64,000 nucleotides of DNA. It comes from Candidatus Komeilibacteria bacterium RIFOXYD1_FULL_37_29 (GTDB lineage Bacteria; Patescibacteriota; Patescibacteriia; UBA1558; GWA2-36-10). Every line of letters starts with the position of its first letter. Positions within the stretch are counted from its first letter, which is position 1. The notes below the pieces were generated by a model, which made no database searches, was not told where the DNA came from, and worked only from the letters and a program-made list of their open reading frames with translations. This document shows, piece by piece, positions 40,363 through 51,049 of this stretch. The stretch spans positions 250,038-314,037 of the forward strand of contig MHKS01000005.1 in NCBI GenBank assembly GCA_001818495.1, given 5' to 3'. The position numbers and the translations under genes were made by a program.

Positions 40363-40554
40363 TTATTTTGAAGTTTGTTTTTTCTTTAATTTGTTGAGAG
40401 TCTTTAAACAAGAAGTGCAAATAGTCATTCTAGCACCACCCAATTTTTTGGATTGCAAGTTGATTTTCATGGTTCGGCGGCTGGCCATATTGGAATGGCT
40501 GCGTGAATTACCACTTACTTTCCCTCGGTTACAGATATCACATACTTTGGCCAT
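40363..40554 (-). CDS. rpmB: 50S ribosomal protein L28
   Basis: MAKVCDICNRGKVSGNSRSHSNMASRRTMKINLQ matches the L28 N-terminal pattern. Confidence 0.85.
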   Translation of the reverse strand: MAKVCDICNRGKVSGNSRSHSNMASRRTMKINLQSKKLGGARMTICTSCLKTLNKLKKKQTSK

Positions 40555-40638
40555 ATGCTTGAATTTCTAATTAATTAAGCTATAATTATTAATACGACGT
40601 AGAATAATTTAGCATAAAAGTAACTTTTTGTCAAAGCT

Positions 40639-41268
40639 ATGTTAATATCAACTTTGTTTTCCGAGCCATCTCTATTTTTAATTGTTATATTGTCTATTAT
40701 TTATGCCTTAACGGTTCATGAGTTTTCTCATGCTCTAGCCGCCACTTATTTGGGGGATAATACAGCCAAATATAGCGGTCGGCTAAATTTAAATCCCTTA
40801 TCTCATCTGGAGATCTTTGGTACTTTGATGTTACTTTTTGCCGGCTTTGGCTGGGGTAAACCAGTGCCGGTCAATCCTTTTAATCTTCGTTTTAAACGAT
40901 GGGGGGAGGCCATAGTTTCTTTGGCTGGTCCGGTTTCAAATTTTATATCGGCGGCCATTTTTGTTGCTTTGGCTAGTTTACTGGTCAGATTTATGCCAGC
41001 TGGTAGTTTATTGTTTGATTTCTTGTTTTATTTGATTTTTATCAATTTTGTTTTAGGAGTTTTTAATCTTATTCCTATTCCGCCACTAGATGGCTCCAAG
41101 GTTCTTTTTGCCATATTGCCCGCCAATTTTGAAGGTTTTAAGCGTAGTTTTTCTGTTAATGGACCATGGGTACTGCTCGGTTTGATATTTTTGGATAATT
41201 TTGTTGGTGTCAACATTTTTGGTCATATTTTTCAGTTTTTCATAAATATAATATATTTGCTATTCTAA
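40639..41268 (+). CDS. M50-family (site-2 protease-like) zinc metalloprotease
   Basis: Polytopic membrane protein with HEFSHALAA (HExxH) and NLIPIPPLDGSKV. Confidence 0.85.
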   Translation: MLISTLFSEPSLFLIVILSIIYALTVHEFSHALAATYLGDNTAKYSGRLNLNPLSHLEIFGTLMLLFAGFGWGKPVPVNPFNLRFKRWGEAIVSLAGPVSNFISAAIFVALASLLVRFMPAGSLLFDFLFYLIFINFVLGVFNLIPIPPLDGSKVLFAILPANFEGFKRSFSVNGPWVLLGLIFLDNFVGVNIFGHIFQFFINIIYLLF

Positions 41269-41297
41269 AATTTATTCAAATCTTAGCTAAAGACCAG

Positions 41298-41330
41298 ATT
41301 TGCCAAGATTATTTTGGCAAATTTTTATTT
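41298..41330 (+). terminator. intrinsic terminator
   Basis: atttgccaa / ttggcaaat hairpin plus a T-run. Confidence 0.7.
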
Positions 41331-41346
41331 AAATAGTAGACAATCC

Positions 41347-41375
41347 TTGACTTTGTTAATTTTTTATGCTATTTT
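41347..41375 (+). promoter_or_regulatory. candidate str-operon promoter
   Basis: -35 ttgact (41347-41352), 17-nt spacer, TG-extended -10 tgctatttt (41367-41375). Confidence 0.4.
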
Positions 41376-41452
41376 ATTGGGGACTTTTCTTTGGAAACAA
41401 TGGGTTGTTTTTGGAGAAAAATTAGTCGCATTTTTATTTTTTTTAATACAAT

Positions 41453-41890
41453 ATGCCAACAGTCAATCAATTATTGAGACATCCTAGAAGAAAACAGAAA
41501 GCCAAGAGTTCTACACCGGCTTTACATACTGTTTTAAATAGCTTAAGAAGAAGAAAAAGAGAGCTTCCCGAAGGTGCTCCTTTTAAGCGTGGTGTTTGCA
41601 TTAAGGTAACTACCAGCACCCCCAAAAAACCGAACTCTGCTCTTCGTAAAATTGCTAGGGTTAGATTATCGAACGGTATGGAAGTAACTGCTTATATTCC
41701 CGGCGAAGGTCACAACTTACAAGAGCACAGCATTGTGTTAATTCGTGGTGGTAGGGTCAAAGATTTACCTGGTGTCCGTTATCATATTGTCCGTGGTGTT
41801 TATGACACCCAAGGTGTGGCTAGTAGAAAACAGGGCCGATCTTTGTATGGTACTAAAAAGGAAAAAGCTGCCAAAAAAAAAGTAAAATAA
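41453..41890 (+). CDS. rpsL: 30S ribosomal protein S12
   Basis: MPTVNQLLR..., [10 protein letters not shown], and operon context. Confidence 0.97.
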   Translation: MPTVNQLLRHPRRKQKAKSSTPALHTVLNSLRRRKRELPEGAPFKRGVCIKVTTSTPKKPNSALRKIARVRLSNGMEVTAYIPGEGHNLQEHSIVLIRGGRVKDLPGVRYHIVRGVYDTQGVASRKQGRSLYGTKKEKAAKKKVK

Positions 41891-41914
41891 TATTTCAATA
41901 AACCTAATCAAATT

Positions 41915-42379
41915 ATGAGAGGAAAAAGAAGTCCCAAGAGAGATATTTTGCCAGATCCTAAATTTCAAAGGATTGACATTGCTAAGTTGATCAACAAAGT
42001 AATGACCAGAGGTAAAAAAACTACCGCCCAAAAAGTTGTTTATGAGGCCTTTGAGTATATTTCTGAGAAAACCAAACAGGATCCGATTGGTATCTATGAC
42101 GCGGCTATTAGAAATGTTTCCCCCAGTCTAGAAGTAAAAGGTAAAAGAATTGGTGGCGCCAATTATCAGGTGCCGATTGTAGTGACTGGTGAAAGAAAAC
42201 TTATTTTAGCTTACCGTTGGATTTTGGAAGCGGCGCGCAGTCGCAAAGGTTCGGCTATGTATAAAAGATTGGGTGATGAGTTGATATCAGCGTCTACCGG
42301 AGAAGGAACAGCTATGAAAAAGCGTGAAGATGTCCAGAAAATGGCTGAATCAAACAAAGCCTTTGCTCACTTTGCTTAA
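41915..42379 (+). CDS. rpsG: 30S ribosomal protein S7
   Basis: Sequence family match (..DPKFQRIDIAKLINKVM..GKK..A..I) and position after rpsL. Confidence 0.95.
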   Translation: MRGKRSPKRDILPDPKFQRIDIAKLINKVMTRGKKTTAQKVVYEAFEYISEKTKQDPIGIYDAAIRNVSPSLEVKGKRIGGANYQVPIVVTGERKLILAYRWILEAARSRKGSAMYKRLGDELISASTGEGTAMKKREDVQKMAESNKAFAHFA

Positions 42380-42463
42380 ATTAAAAATTTTTAAATAAAA
42401 GGCAGACATTGTCTGCATTTTATTTTTAACCCATAAACCAATCCATTAAATCAAAACAATATT

Positions 42464-44560
42464 ATGGCCAGACAACCATTGGAAAAAGTAAGAAATATCG
42501 GAATTATCGCTCACATTGATGCTGGAAAGACCACAGTCACCGAGCGTATACTTTTTTATACTGGTAAAAAACATAAGATTGGAGAAGTGCACGAAGGTAA
42601 GGCTGAAATGGACTGGATGGAGCAGGAAAAAGAGCGCGGTATTACCATTACCTCGGCCGCTACGACTTGTTTTTGGCCATTACCAGATTGGTTGGGAGGC
42701 GACAAAGCCAACGTCAATATTATTGATACTCCTGGTCACGTGGACTTTACAGTGGAAGTAGAAAGATCATTGCGTGTGCTAGATGGCGGTGTCATTGTCT
42801 TTGACGGTGTAGCTGGTGTGGAACCACAATCAGAAACTGTTTGGCGTCAAGCTGATAAATATCATGTTCCTAGACTGGCCTTTATCAACAAGATGGACAG
42901 AATGGGAGCGGATTTTTATTTTGATATGAAGACCATCTATGAGAGATTGACCAAGCACGCTCATCCAGTACAGTTACCGATTGGAGCCGCTGAAACTTTT
43001 GTTGGTATAGTCAATTTATTGGAACGGGAAGCCTGGTATTATTTGGATGAAGATGGCAAACAATATGAAAAAAGAGATATTCCAGCCGATATGAAAGATA
43101 AGGTAGAGCAGTATCGCTCTCAGCTGATTGAAGCCGTGGTAGAGCACGATGACGTCTTGATGGAAAAATATCTAGCTGGCGAAGAATTAGCTATAAATGA
43201 TATTAAAAAAGTTTTACGTAAAGCTGTTATTAGTAATAAAATAGTGCCGATATTTTGCGGCTCAGCTTTGAAAAACAAAGGAGTCCAATTCTTATTGGAT
43301 GCTATTGTTTCTTATTTGCCGTCACCACTTGATGTACCACCAATTGAAGGTACTGAGCCAAGAAATGAAGAAAATAAAATCAAAGTAAAAATTGGAGATA
43401 ATGAGCCATTTGTTGGCCTAGCTTTTAAAGTAGCTACCGATCCTTATGTCGGACGACTCACTTATGTGCGTGTTTATGCCGGTACCCTAAAATCCGGATC
43501 TTATGTCTATAATGCTAACACCGAAAAGAAAGAAAGAATCGGTCGTATTTTGAGAATGCACGCCAATGCTCGAGAAGAAGTACAGGAAATTTTTAGTGGA
43601 GATATAGTGGCTGTAGTGGGACTAAAAGATACTACCACTGGTCATTCTTTGTGTGATCCAGATCATCCAGTAGTTTTGGAAAGTATGGATTTTCCTGATC
43701 CAGTAATTTTTGTGGCTGTCGAGCCAAAGACCAAAGCTGACCAAGAAAAGATGGGTATGGCCTTAGCCAAATTGACCGAAGAAGATCCTACCTTTACTGT
43801 TAGGTCAGATGAAGAAACCAATCAAACTGTTCTTGGTGGTATGGGAGAATTACATTTGGATATCATTGTCGATCGTATGAAACGAGAGTTTTCTGTTGAG
43901 GCCAATGTCGGTGCTCCACAGGTAGCCTATAAAGAAACTATTATGGGTACGGCTGAAGCGGAAGGAAAATATATCAAACAATCCGGTGGTCGCGGTCAAT
44001 ACGGACATTGTTGGCTTCGTTTAGAGCCACAAGAACGCGGTAAGGGCTTTGAATTTATTGATGAAATTAAAGGTGGAGCTATTCCTCGAGAATATATTCC
44101 AGCTATTCAAAAAGGTGTTAAGGAAACTATGGACAATGGTATTTTGGCTGGTTATCAAATTCAGGATATCAAGGTAGCTGTCTATGATGGATCTTTCCAT
44201 GATGTTGATTCATCTGAAGCTGCTTTTAAAGTAGCTGGCTCTATGGCTTTTAAAGCTGCTTTTAGGTTGGCTAAGCCGGTTATTTTGGAGCCGATTATGA
44301 AAGTAGAAGCTGTTACTCCGGAACAATACATGGGTGATGTAATTGGTGATTTAAATTCCAAGAGAGGACAAGTATCAGAAATGAGTGATCGGGCTGGTGT
44401 CAAAGTAATTGCTGCTGAAGTGCCTTTATCAGAAATGTTTGGTTATGCTACGGCCCTTCGCTCAATGACTCAAGGCAGAGCTAGTTATAGTATGGAATTT
44501 TCCAAATATCAGGAAGTGCCTCGTAGTGTTGCTGAAGCCATCATCAGTAAAAAAGCTTAA
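42464..44560 (+). CDS. fusA: translation elongation factor G
   Basis: [24 protein letters not shown] and NKMD GTPase motifs; 698 aa. Confidence 0.97.
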   Translation: MARQPLEKVRNIGIIAHIDAGKTTVTERILFYTGKKHKIGEVHEGKAEMDWMEQEKERGITITSAATTCFWPLPDWLGGDKANVNIIDTPGHVDFTVEVERSLRVLDGGVIVFDGVAGVEPQSETVWRQADKYHVPRLAFINKMDRMGADFYFDMKTIYERLTKHAHPVQLPIGAAETFVGIVNLLEREAWYYLDEDGKQYEKRDIPADMKDKVEQYRSQLIEAVVEHDDVLMEKYLAGEELAINDIKKVLRKAVISNKIVPIFCGSALKNKGVQFLLDAIVSYLPSPLDVPPIEGTEPRNEENKIKVKIGDNEPFVGLAFKVATDPYVGRLTYVRVYAGTLKSGSYVYNANTEKKERIGRILRMHANAREEVQEIFSGDIVAVVGLKDTTTGHSLCDPDHPVVLESMDFPDPVIFVAVEPKTKADQEKMGMALAKLTEEDPTFTVRSDEETNQTVLGGMGELHLDIIVDRMKREFSVEANVGAPQVAYKETIMGTAEAEGKYIKQSGGRGQYGHCWLRLEPQERGKGFEFIDEIKGGAIPREYIPAIQKGVKETMDNGILAGYQIQDIKVAVYDGSFHDVDSSEAAFKVAGSMAFKAAFRLAKPVILEPIMKVEAVTPEQYMGDVIGDLNSKRGQVSEMSDRAGVKVIAAEVPLSEMFGYATALRSMTQGRASYSMEFSKYQEVPRSVAEAIISKKA

Positions 44561-44573
44561 TGATTATAATTTT

Positions 44574-44606
44574 ATCCCGCCGCGTTTGACGCGGCGGGAT
44601 TTTTTT
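44574..44606 (+). terminator. intrinsic terminator after fusA (GC-rich palindrome + T-run)
   Basis: atcccgccgcg-tttga-cgcggcgggat followed by tttttt. A second hairpin (aagaagcg...cgcttctt plus T-run) follows at 44613-44643. Confidence 0.8.
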
Positions 44607-44670
44607 AATTTTAAGAAGCGCCTCAGTGGAGACGCTTCTTTTTACAGGGAGGGAGGGGGAGCAACACAGG

Positions 44671-45114
44671 TTATTCTGTGATATCGTCGACAAGCTTGTG
44701 GTAGCCGACACTGATATGATCCTGATTTGGCAGGTTCCACCAGAAAGCCAGGCCGTAGCGGCCGACTTCGATTAGAGCTTTGTCTATGAGTTCAGGGAAC
44801 TCCATGCGCAGATACAGCTTCATTAAGCTGCGGAGTAGAAAGAGCCGATCTTCCAGCGGAGAAACAAAGTCGTTGTAGAATTCGTTGCTCTCATCTGATT
44901 TGCACGGCAGTTTTTTATGTCTCCTTTTGAGATCTTTGAGTGCCCATTCAGTTTCCTGAATCAGGCGATAGAACTTCTTGATCAGCGGGCTAGCAGTACC
45001 CACTACGACTTGATGGGGACCGATTTTTATGTTCGGCCACAACATTGATTTTTTCAAATCAACTGCCTTTACCTCTTCAATGAGTTCTAGTGCCAGATCT
45101 TTTTCTGCTGTCAA
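44671..45114 (-). CDS. hypothetical protein, compositionally atypical (GC-richer), antisense to the str operon
   Basis: 147-aa ORF. TTG start preceded by a strong aaggagga SD (rare in this window). No family recognised by eye. Confidence 0.55.
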   Translation of the reverse strand: MTAEKDLALELIEEVKAVDLKKSMLWPNIKIGPHQVVVGTASPLIKKFYRLIQETEWALKDLKRRHKKLPCKSDESNEFYNDFVSPLEDRLFLLRSLMKLYLRMEFPELIDKALIEVGRYGLAFWWNLPNQDHISVGYHKLVDDITE

Positions 45115-45461
45115 AATATCCTCCTTGTGAGTGATTGTTAATTCTCTTCCAGTGAGAAGAAATGGAGGCGAAGAGCTAGGGTTTTGACCGTGGTCACCGC
45201 TAACCAGATAAATATACCGAAGTAATCAAGCTAAAGCCCAATTAAATCTGGCTAAGCTTATCTGTTTCGCTGCTCCAATTCTCCTCACTGGAAAAAGTAA
45301 TTGTAAATAACTTTTATAATGATAAATCATAGCATATATTTAAATTATTGTCAATAGTTACTGCTCTTGTTTTTGTTTGACAAAATAAAGCTTTTTGCTA
45401 TAAAATACCAACACTTTCCCCATTGAATGGGGTGCAGTAATTTACCTAAAAGCGTAATAAT

Positions 45462-45836
45462 ATGCCAAATTATAAGCAAATGGAAAGGGTGTTAGATTTA
45501 GCCGCTAAGACTGGCGATAAAGTGATTGTTTTATCAGATCATCATGATCCTTATGTTTTGATGACTATCAAGGAATATGAGGCTCTATTACACGGTCCGT
45601 CTTCAGTCAAAAATTTATCAGAAGATGAATTGCTTAGTAAAATTAACCGCGATATAGCCATTTGGAAAGCCTCCCAGGAGAGTTTAAGTGACTATAGTTT
45701 AGAGGATTTTAAGGTGGATAGCATTAGAAAAGATGAAAAAAAGCCTGAAATATCTAAGAAAAATGCCGATAAGCCTATTGTTGATAAGTCAGTTAATCCA
45801 GAGGAAGATAGGTATTATATTGAGCCAGTAGATTAA
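45462..45836 (+). CDS. hypothetical protein with possible Phd/YefM-like N-terminal region
   Basis: 124 aa. KVIVLSDHHDPYVLMTIKEYEALL resembles antitoxin-type N-termini. The acidic/lysine-rich C-terminal half looks disordered. Weak assignment. Confidence 0.5.
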   Translation: MPNYKQMERVLDLAAKTGDKVIVLSDHHDPYVLMTIKEYEALLHGPSSVKNLSEDELLSKINRDIAIWKASQESLSDYSLEDFKVDSIRKDEKKPEISKKNADKPIVDKSVNPEEDRYYIEPVD

Positions 45837-45893
45837 AATATTGGCTAATATTAGATAAAAGATTTGATAAATCAAAGCGGGTCCCTTAGGGGC

Positions 45894-45922
45894 TTGTCAA
45901 ATTTTTAAAACAGTGCTATAAT
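45894..45922 (+). promoter_or_regulatory. sigma70-type promoter upstream of tuf
   Basis: -35 ttgtca (45894-45899), 17-nt spacer, extended -10 tgctataat (45914-45922). About 110-nt leader with a gaaggag RBS. Confidence 0.55.
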
Positions 45923-46031
45923 CTGTTTGTTTTAAAAAAACAATATATAGATAATTAATAAATAATTTTTAAGATAGCTGGTTTACAAACCCCTGTATTT
46001 AAGGAGGGCTATCACGAAGGAGAAAAATAAA

Positions 46032-47219
46032 ATGGCAAATGTTTTCAAACGTGAAAAGCCGCACGTAAATATTGGCACCATTGGTCATGTAGACCATGGT
46101 AAAACTACTCTCACTGCAGCTATTTTAAAAGTATTATCCGCCGCCGGTGGTGTAGCTCAACAGAAGGACGTTGATCAAATTGATAATGCTCCAGAAGAAA
46201 GAGAACGTGGTATTACTATTGCTACATCTCATGTTGAGTATGAATCAGATAAGAGACACTATGCACACGTTGACTGTCCCGGTCATGCTGACTATGTCAA
46301 AAACATGATTACTGGTGCAGCTCAAATGGATGGTGCTATTTTAGTGGTATCCGCCGCTGATGGTCCAATGCCTCAAACCAGAGAACACATTCTATTAGCT
46401 CGTCAGGTTGGCGTGCCTTATATTGTTGTTTTCTTAAACAAAATGGATCAAGTAGACGATCCAGAATTGGTTGATCTAGTAGAAGAAGAAATCAGAGATT
46501 TACTTAAAAAATACGAATTCCCTGGAGACAAAACTCCAATTATTCGTGGTAGTGCTTTAAAAGCTTTGGAAAATCCAATTGGCGAATATGCCAAACCTAT
46601 TTTAGATCTTATTAAAGCCGTTGATGAATATATTCCTGAACCAAAACGTGATACTGATAAACCATTTTTGATGCCGATTGAAGACATCTTCTCAATTGAA
46701 GGTCGTGGTACTGTAGTAACCGGCCGTATTGACAGAGGTATTGTCAAACTAAACGATGAAGTAGCCTTAGTTGGTATCCATGACACTACTAAAACAGTAG
46801 TGACTGGTATTGAGATGTTTAACAAACAATTGGACGAAGGTAGAGCTGGTGATAATGCTGGACTACTTTTACGCGGTACTAAGAAAGAAGAAGTTGAGCG
46901 CGGTCAAGTTTTGGCCAAGCCAGGTTCTATTACTCCTCATACCGAATTTGAAGCTGAAACTTATGTTTTAAGCAAAGAAGAAGGTGGTCGTCATACCCCA
47001 TTTTTCAAAGGTTATAAACCACAGTTCTATATCCGTACTACAGATATTACTGGTGAAGTAGAACTTCCAGAAGGTACTGAGATGGTTATGCCAGGGGACA
47101 CCATCAATTTAAAAATTAAATTGATTGCTCCAGTCGCCCTTGAAGAGAAATCCAAGTTTGCTATCCGCGAAGGCGGACGCACTGTTGGTGCTGGTGTAGT
47201 AACCAAGATTATCAAATAA
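46032..47219 (+). CDS. tuf: translation elongation factor Tu
   Basis: [34 protein letters not shown]; 395 aa. Confidence 0.98.
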   Translation: MANVFKREKPHVNIGTIGHVDHGKTTLTAAILKVLSAAGGVAQQKDVDQIDNAPEERERGITIATSHVEYESDKRHYAHVDCPGHADYVKNMITGAAQMDGAILVVSAADGPMPQTREHILLARQVGVPYIVVFLNKMDQVDDPELVDLVEEEIRDLLKKYEFPGDKTPIIRGSALKALENPIGEYAKPILDLIKAVDEYIPEPKRDTDKPFLMPIEDIFSIEGRGTVVTGRIDRGIVKLNDEVALVGIHDTTKTVVTGIEMFNKQLDEGRAGDNAGLLLRGTKKEEVERGQVLAKPGSITPHTEFEAETYVLSKEEGGRHTPFFKGYKPQFYIRTTDITGEVELPEGTEMVMPGDTINLKIKLIAPVALEEKSKFAIREGGRTVGAGVVTKIIK

Positions 47220-47226
47220 ATTTACA

Positions 47227-47259
47227 TTTACCCAGCCGCGTCAAACGCGGCTGGGTAAA
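47227..47259. repeat. GC-rich palindrome after tuf; same stem as the fusA terminator with the loop inverted and no T-run
   Basis: tttacccagccgcg-tcaaa-cgcggctgggtaaa. The core gccgcg-tcaaa-cgcggc is the reverse complement of gccgcg-tttga-cgcggc at 44579-44595. Confidence 0.7.
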
Positions 47260-47300
47260 GGGGTTTAAATAATTTAAGTAAATTAACAATTCACAATTTC

Positions 47301-47630
47301 ATGCCAGTCAAAGCTAAAGAAGATACTCAGTCAAGAATTCGTATCAAGATTAGAGCCTATGATCACAAAATCATTGATCAGTCTACCAAGACTATCATTG
47401 AGACTGTTGATCGTAGTGGAGCTAAGATTATCGGACCCATTCCGCTGCCTACCGAAAAAAAGAAATTCACGGTTCTTCGTTCAACTTTTGTTCACAAAGA
47501 TGCCCGTGATCAGTATGAAATGAGAGTTCACAAAAGACTTTTGGATATTATTGATCCTACTCCGCAAACTGTTGATGCTTTACAGAGCCTCAATTTACCA
47601 GCCGGTGTAGATTTGGAAATAAAAATGTAA
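47301..47630 (+). CDS. rpsJ: 30S ribosomal protein S10
   Basis: [24 protein letters not shown]...GPIPLPT. Confidence 0.97.
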   Translation: MPVKAKEDTQSRIRIKIRAYDHKIIDQSTKTIIETVDRSGAKIIGPIPLPTEKKKFTVLRSTFVHKDARDQYEMRVHKRLLDIIDPTPQTVDALQSLNLPAGVDLEIKM

Positions 47631-47959
47631 TCATTGCTTGTTCATTGGGTAATTAAAAATTCTTTGTTTGTTTAGACAACCCCAATCCCATAATCTATCT
47701 AGATTATTTGCTTGGGAAGTGTATAGATAGATAAAGTTTTGTAAGAAGGATAAAAATAGTAAAATTGTTTAAACACTACTGCTAATCAGGCAGTAGCCAT
47801 AAAGCGAAAAAATTAGCCCGAGGCTAATAGTCGCGATTTTATCCTTAAAAGTATTTTGTCAGTATTTTTGAAGATAGAATCGCGATTTTTTTCACCTACA
47901 TAAATTTATATAAAAAAGGTGATCCCGCTCTGCGGGGTAAAAGAGTAGATTTAAATTAT

Positions 47960-48736
47960 ATGGCCAAGTTTATCTTAGGAAGAAAATTGAATATGACCCA
48001 AAAGTTTTTGGCAGACGGTCGTTTGGTCCCAGTTACAGTAGTAGAAGCTGGTCCTTGTACAGTTGTTCAAGTAAAGAGCAAAGATAAGGAAAAATACACT
48101 TCTATTCAGGTGGGATTTGCCCAAAAACCCCAGGTCAATAAACCACTGGCAGGTCATCTAAAAGGATTGGAAAATTTTAGATACTTGAAAGAATTTAGAT
48201 TAGATAATATTGAGAATTTCACCAAAGGGAAAGTTTTTGATGTTACTAGTTTTTCAGCTGGTGATAATTTGAAAATTACCGCTACATCCAAAGGAAAGGG
48301 TTTTCAAGGCGTGGTAAAAAGACACGGTTTTCACGGTTCTCCAGCTAGTCATGGTCACAAAGACCAGCTTAGAATGTCTGGTTCTGTCGGAGCAACCGAC
48401 CCAGCTAGAGTTTTTAAAGGCACTCGCATGGGTGGACGCATGGGTTCAGATACAGTGACTGTTAACAATCTGGAATTAATCGAAGTAGATGTAGCTAAAA
48501 ATTTGCTTTATATTAAAGGAGCTGTGCCCGGTTCTAGAAATGCTTTGGTAACTATTTGGTCCGATGGTGGTCAAATTGTTTTTGTAGAAAAGCCAAAGGA
48601 AGTGGTAAAAACAGAAGTTGTTAAAGAAGCAGTGGCTGCCAAACCAGCCGGAGAAGTAAAAACCGAACTAGCTGTTGAGCCAAAAGAGCTTGAAAAAAAA
48701 GCAGTCAAACAAGAAGAAAATAAGGAAGAGAAATAA
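47960..48736 (+). CDS. rplC: 50S ribosomal protein L3 (with K/E-rich C-terminal extension)
   Basis: ILGRKLNMTQKF..DGRLVPVTVVEAGPC, FQGVVKRHGF. Confidence 0.95.
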   Translation: MAKFILGRKLNMTQKFLADGRLVPVTVVEAGPCTVVQVKSKDKEKYTSIQVGFAQKPQVNKPLAGHLKGLENFRYLKEFRLDNIENFTKGKVFDVTSFSAGDNLKITATSKGKGFQGVVKRHGFHGSPASHGHKDQLRMSGSVGATDPARVFKGTRMGGRMGSDTVTVNNLELIEVDVAKNLLYIKGAVPGSRNALVTIWSDGGQIVFVEKPKEVVKTEVVKEAVAAKPAGEVKTELAVEPKELEKKAVKQEENKEEK

Positions 48737-48741
48737 ATTAT

Positions 48742-49377
48742 ATGGCAGAGATTAAAGTAAAATTATATGATTTTCAGGGTAAGGAGCTAGGAGAAGAAAT
48801 TCTAGATTCCAAACTTTTTGGTGTAGCCGTTGATCCCCAGATTATCCAGGAAATAGTTGTTTCCCAAAGAAAAAATGCTCGGGAAGTATTGGCTCATACC
48901 AAAGGAAGATCAGAAGTTCGCGGTGGTGGTAAAAAACCATGGAAGCAAAAAGGAACCGGTCGGGCTCGTCATGGTTCTATCCGTTCTCCACTTTGGATTG
49001 GTGGTGGTATTACTTTTGGTCCAACTAGAGAAAGAAATTTTTCTGTCAAAGTTAATAAAAAAGTCAAAAAGAAAGCCATGGCCATGGTCTTATCTGATAA
49101 AGTAGCTAATAGTAAATTAGTTTTAGTAGAATCATACAATCTTCCAGAAGCCAAAACCAAGCTTTTACAAACTGCTTTTACAAAATTACCAAATAAGAAT
49201 AAATCAACTTTGGTAGTTACTAAGAGTGCTGAGGAAAATATTGTCCGAGCTTCAAAAAATTTACCAAAAGTGCATACTATCAATTATGGTAGTTTGAATT
49301 TGGTAGATTTGATGAAAAATGAATATTTGGTTCTTAATAAGGAATTACTTAAAAAAGTAAGCGAACATTATTTATAA
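48742..49377 (+). CDS. rplD: 50S ribosomal protein L4
   Basis: GGGKKPWKQKGTGRARHGSIRSPLWIGGG. Confidence 0.95.
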   Translation: MAEIKVKLYDFQGKELGEEILDSKLFGVAVDPQIIQEIVVSQRKNAREVLAHTKGRSEVRGGGKKPWKQKGTGRARHGSIRSPLWIGGGITFGPTRERNFSVKVNKKVKKKAMAMVLSDKVANSKLVLVESYNLPEAKTKLLQTAFTKLPNKNKSTLVVTKSAEENIVRASKNLPKVHTINYGSLNLVDLMKNEYLVLNKELLKKVSEHYL

Positions 49378-49381
49378 ACAT

Positions 49382-49861
49382 ATGGGTTTGTTCAGTAAAA
49401 AAAATAAAGAAGTAGCTAAGGACACGGTTAGTCAAACCGCTAAAGATTCTGTGTCTAGTCAGGCCAGTAGCCAGCTTAAGGTAGTTGATAAAAAAGTTAA
49501 GGCTTTGAAAAACAGTCAACCCAAAAGTAAAAAAGTTACTGATAAAAAAGATGGCCATAAGTTCGGTGGACAAAATGCCCAAGCGCATCGATTTTTACTT
49601 AGACCAGTTATTTCTGAAAAGGCCACCATTAGTGTCAGCGACGGAAAATATACTTTTGAAGTATCTGGCGATTCTAATAAAGTAGCTATTAAAAAAGCGA
49701 TTGAAGAAATATATGGAGTCAGGCCAATCGGAGTAAATATTATCAACCAATGCGGTAAAAATGTTCGTTTTGGTAGAAAATTTGGACAAACCAAAAATGT
49801 TAAAAAAGCCATTGTTACTCTGAAAAAGGGTGATAGTATAAAACTATACGAGGGTATTTAA
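49382..49861 (+). CDS. rplW: 50S ribosomal protein L23 (with ~65-aa K/S-rich N-terminal extension)
   Basis: The C-terminal ~95 aa are L23-like (LLRPVISEKAT...YTFEV...KKAIEEIYGV...KKAIVTL). Confidence 0.9.
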   Translation: MGLFSKKNKEVAKDTVSQTAKDSVSSQASSQLKVVDKKVKALKNSQPKSKKVTDKKDGHKFGGQNAQAHRFLLRPVISEKATISVSDGKYTFEVSGDSNKVAIKKAIEEIYGVRPIGVNIINQCGKNVRFGRKFGQTKNVKKAIVTLKKGDSIKLYEGI

Positions 49862-49872
49862 TATAGATCTAT

Positions 49873-50721
49873 ATGCCAATTAAAGTTTACAAACCAACCA
49901 CACCAGCTCGCCGTAAAACCAGCGTTTTGATAAATAAAAATTTATCTAAAAAACGTCCGGAGAAATCTTTGGTTATTATTAGAAAAGAACAAGCTGGTCG
50001 TAACAACCAAGGCCGTATTTCTGTCAGACACAAGGGTGGTGGAGAAAAAAGATATATCAGATTGATTGACTTTAAACAATCTAAATTTGATATGCCCGCT
50101 AAAGTAACAGCCGTAGAGTATGACCCAAATAGAAACGCTGATATTGCTTTAGTTGTTTATCCAGACGGTGTAAAGAGTTATATTGTTGCCGCCGAAGGAA
50201 TGGCTGTTGGTCACGAAGTATTGTCTTCCGAGAAAAAAATTGATATTAAAGTTGGCAATCGTTTAGTTTTAAAAAATATTCCTACCGGTACGATTGTTTA
50301 TAATGTAGAAATGGTTCCGGGTAAAGGCGGTCAATTGGCTCGCAGTGCTGGAAATGGTTTAGTGTTGATGGCTATTTATGATGGTAAAGCTCAACTAAAG
50401 ATGCCAAGTGGAGAAATCAGAGTTGTCCCAGAAAATTGTATGGCTTCTATTGGTATGCCTAGCAATTCTGAACACAGAAATATCCGTTATGGTAAAGCTG
50501 GCCGGAAGCGTCATATGGGTATCAGACCAACTGTTCGTGGTAAAGTTATGAACCCGGTCGATCACCCTCATGGTGGTGGAGAAGGTCATAATCCGATTGG
50601 TATGAAACATCCTAAGACCTACAAAGGTAAACCGGCTTATGGTGTCAAAACTAGAAAGAGAAATAAGAGGAGTGATCGGATGATTATCAAACGTCGTTTA
50701 TCTAGAACGGGTAGAAAATAA
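49873..50721 (+). CDS. rplB: 50S ribosomal protein L2
   Basis: [14 protein letters not shown]..., HPHGGGEG. Confidence 0.97.
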   Translation: MPIKVYKPTTPARRKTSVLINKNLSKKRPEKSLVIIRKEQAGRNNQGRISVRHKGGGEKRYIRLIDFKQSKFDMPAKVTAVEYDPNRNADIALVVYPDGVKSYIVAAEGMAVGHEVLSSEKKIDIKVGNRLVLKNIPTGTIVYNVEMVPGKGGQLARSAGNGLVLMAIYDGKAQLKMPSGEIRVVPENCMASIGMPSNSEHRNIRYGKAGRKRHMGIRPTVRGKVMNPVDHPHGGGEGHNPIGMKHPKTYKGKPAYGVKTRKRNKRSDRMIIKRRLSRTGRK

Positions 50722-50741
50722 TTGGTAAATATTTATAAATT

Positions 50742-51026
50742 ATGTCAAGAAGTTTAAAAAAAGGTCCGTTTACAGATCCAAAGTTGCTCAAAAAAGTAGC
50801 CGGTCTAAAACCAGAAAGCGGTTCAGTGATCAAAACTTGGTCACGTTCTTCAGTTATTACACCGGAGATGGTTGGTTTTACTTTTGGAGTGCATAATGGT
50901 CGGATTCATTCCAACGTTTATGTAGTGGAAAACATGGTTGGACATCGTTTGGGAGAATTTGCTCCAACCAGAAAATTTGTTGTTCACGGTGGTAAAATGG
51001 CCAAGAGTCAAACCCAGGAAAGTTAA
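50742..51026 (+). CDS. rpsS: 30S ribosomal protein S19
   Basis: [12 protein letters not shown]...[11 protein letters not shown]. Confidence 0.97.
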   Translation: MSRSLKKGPFTDPKLLKKVAGLKPESGSVIKTWSRSSVITPEMVGFTFGVHNGRIHSNVYVVENMVGHRLGEFAPTRKFVVHGGKMAKSQTQES

Positions 51027-51049
51027 TTTAGGTAAATTATTTATATTGT

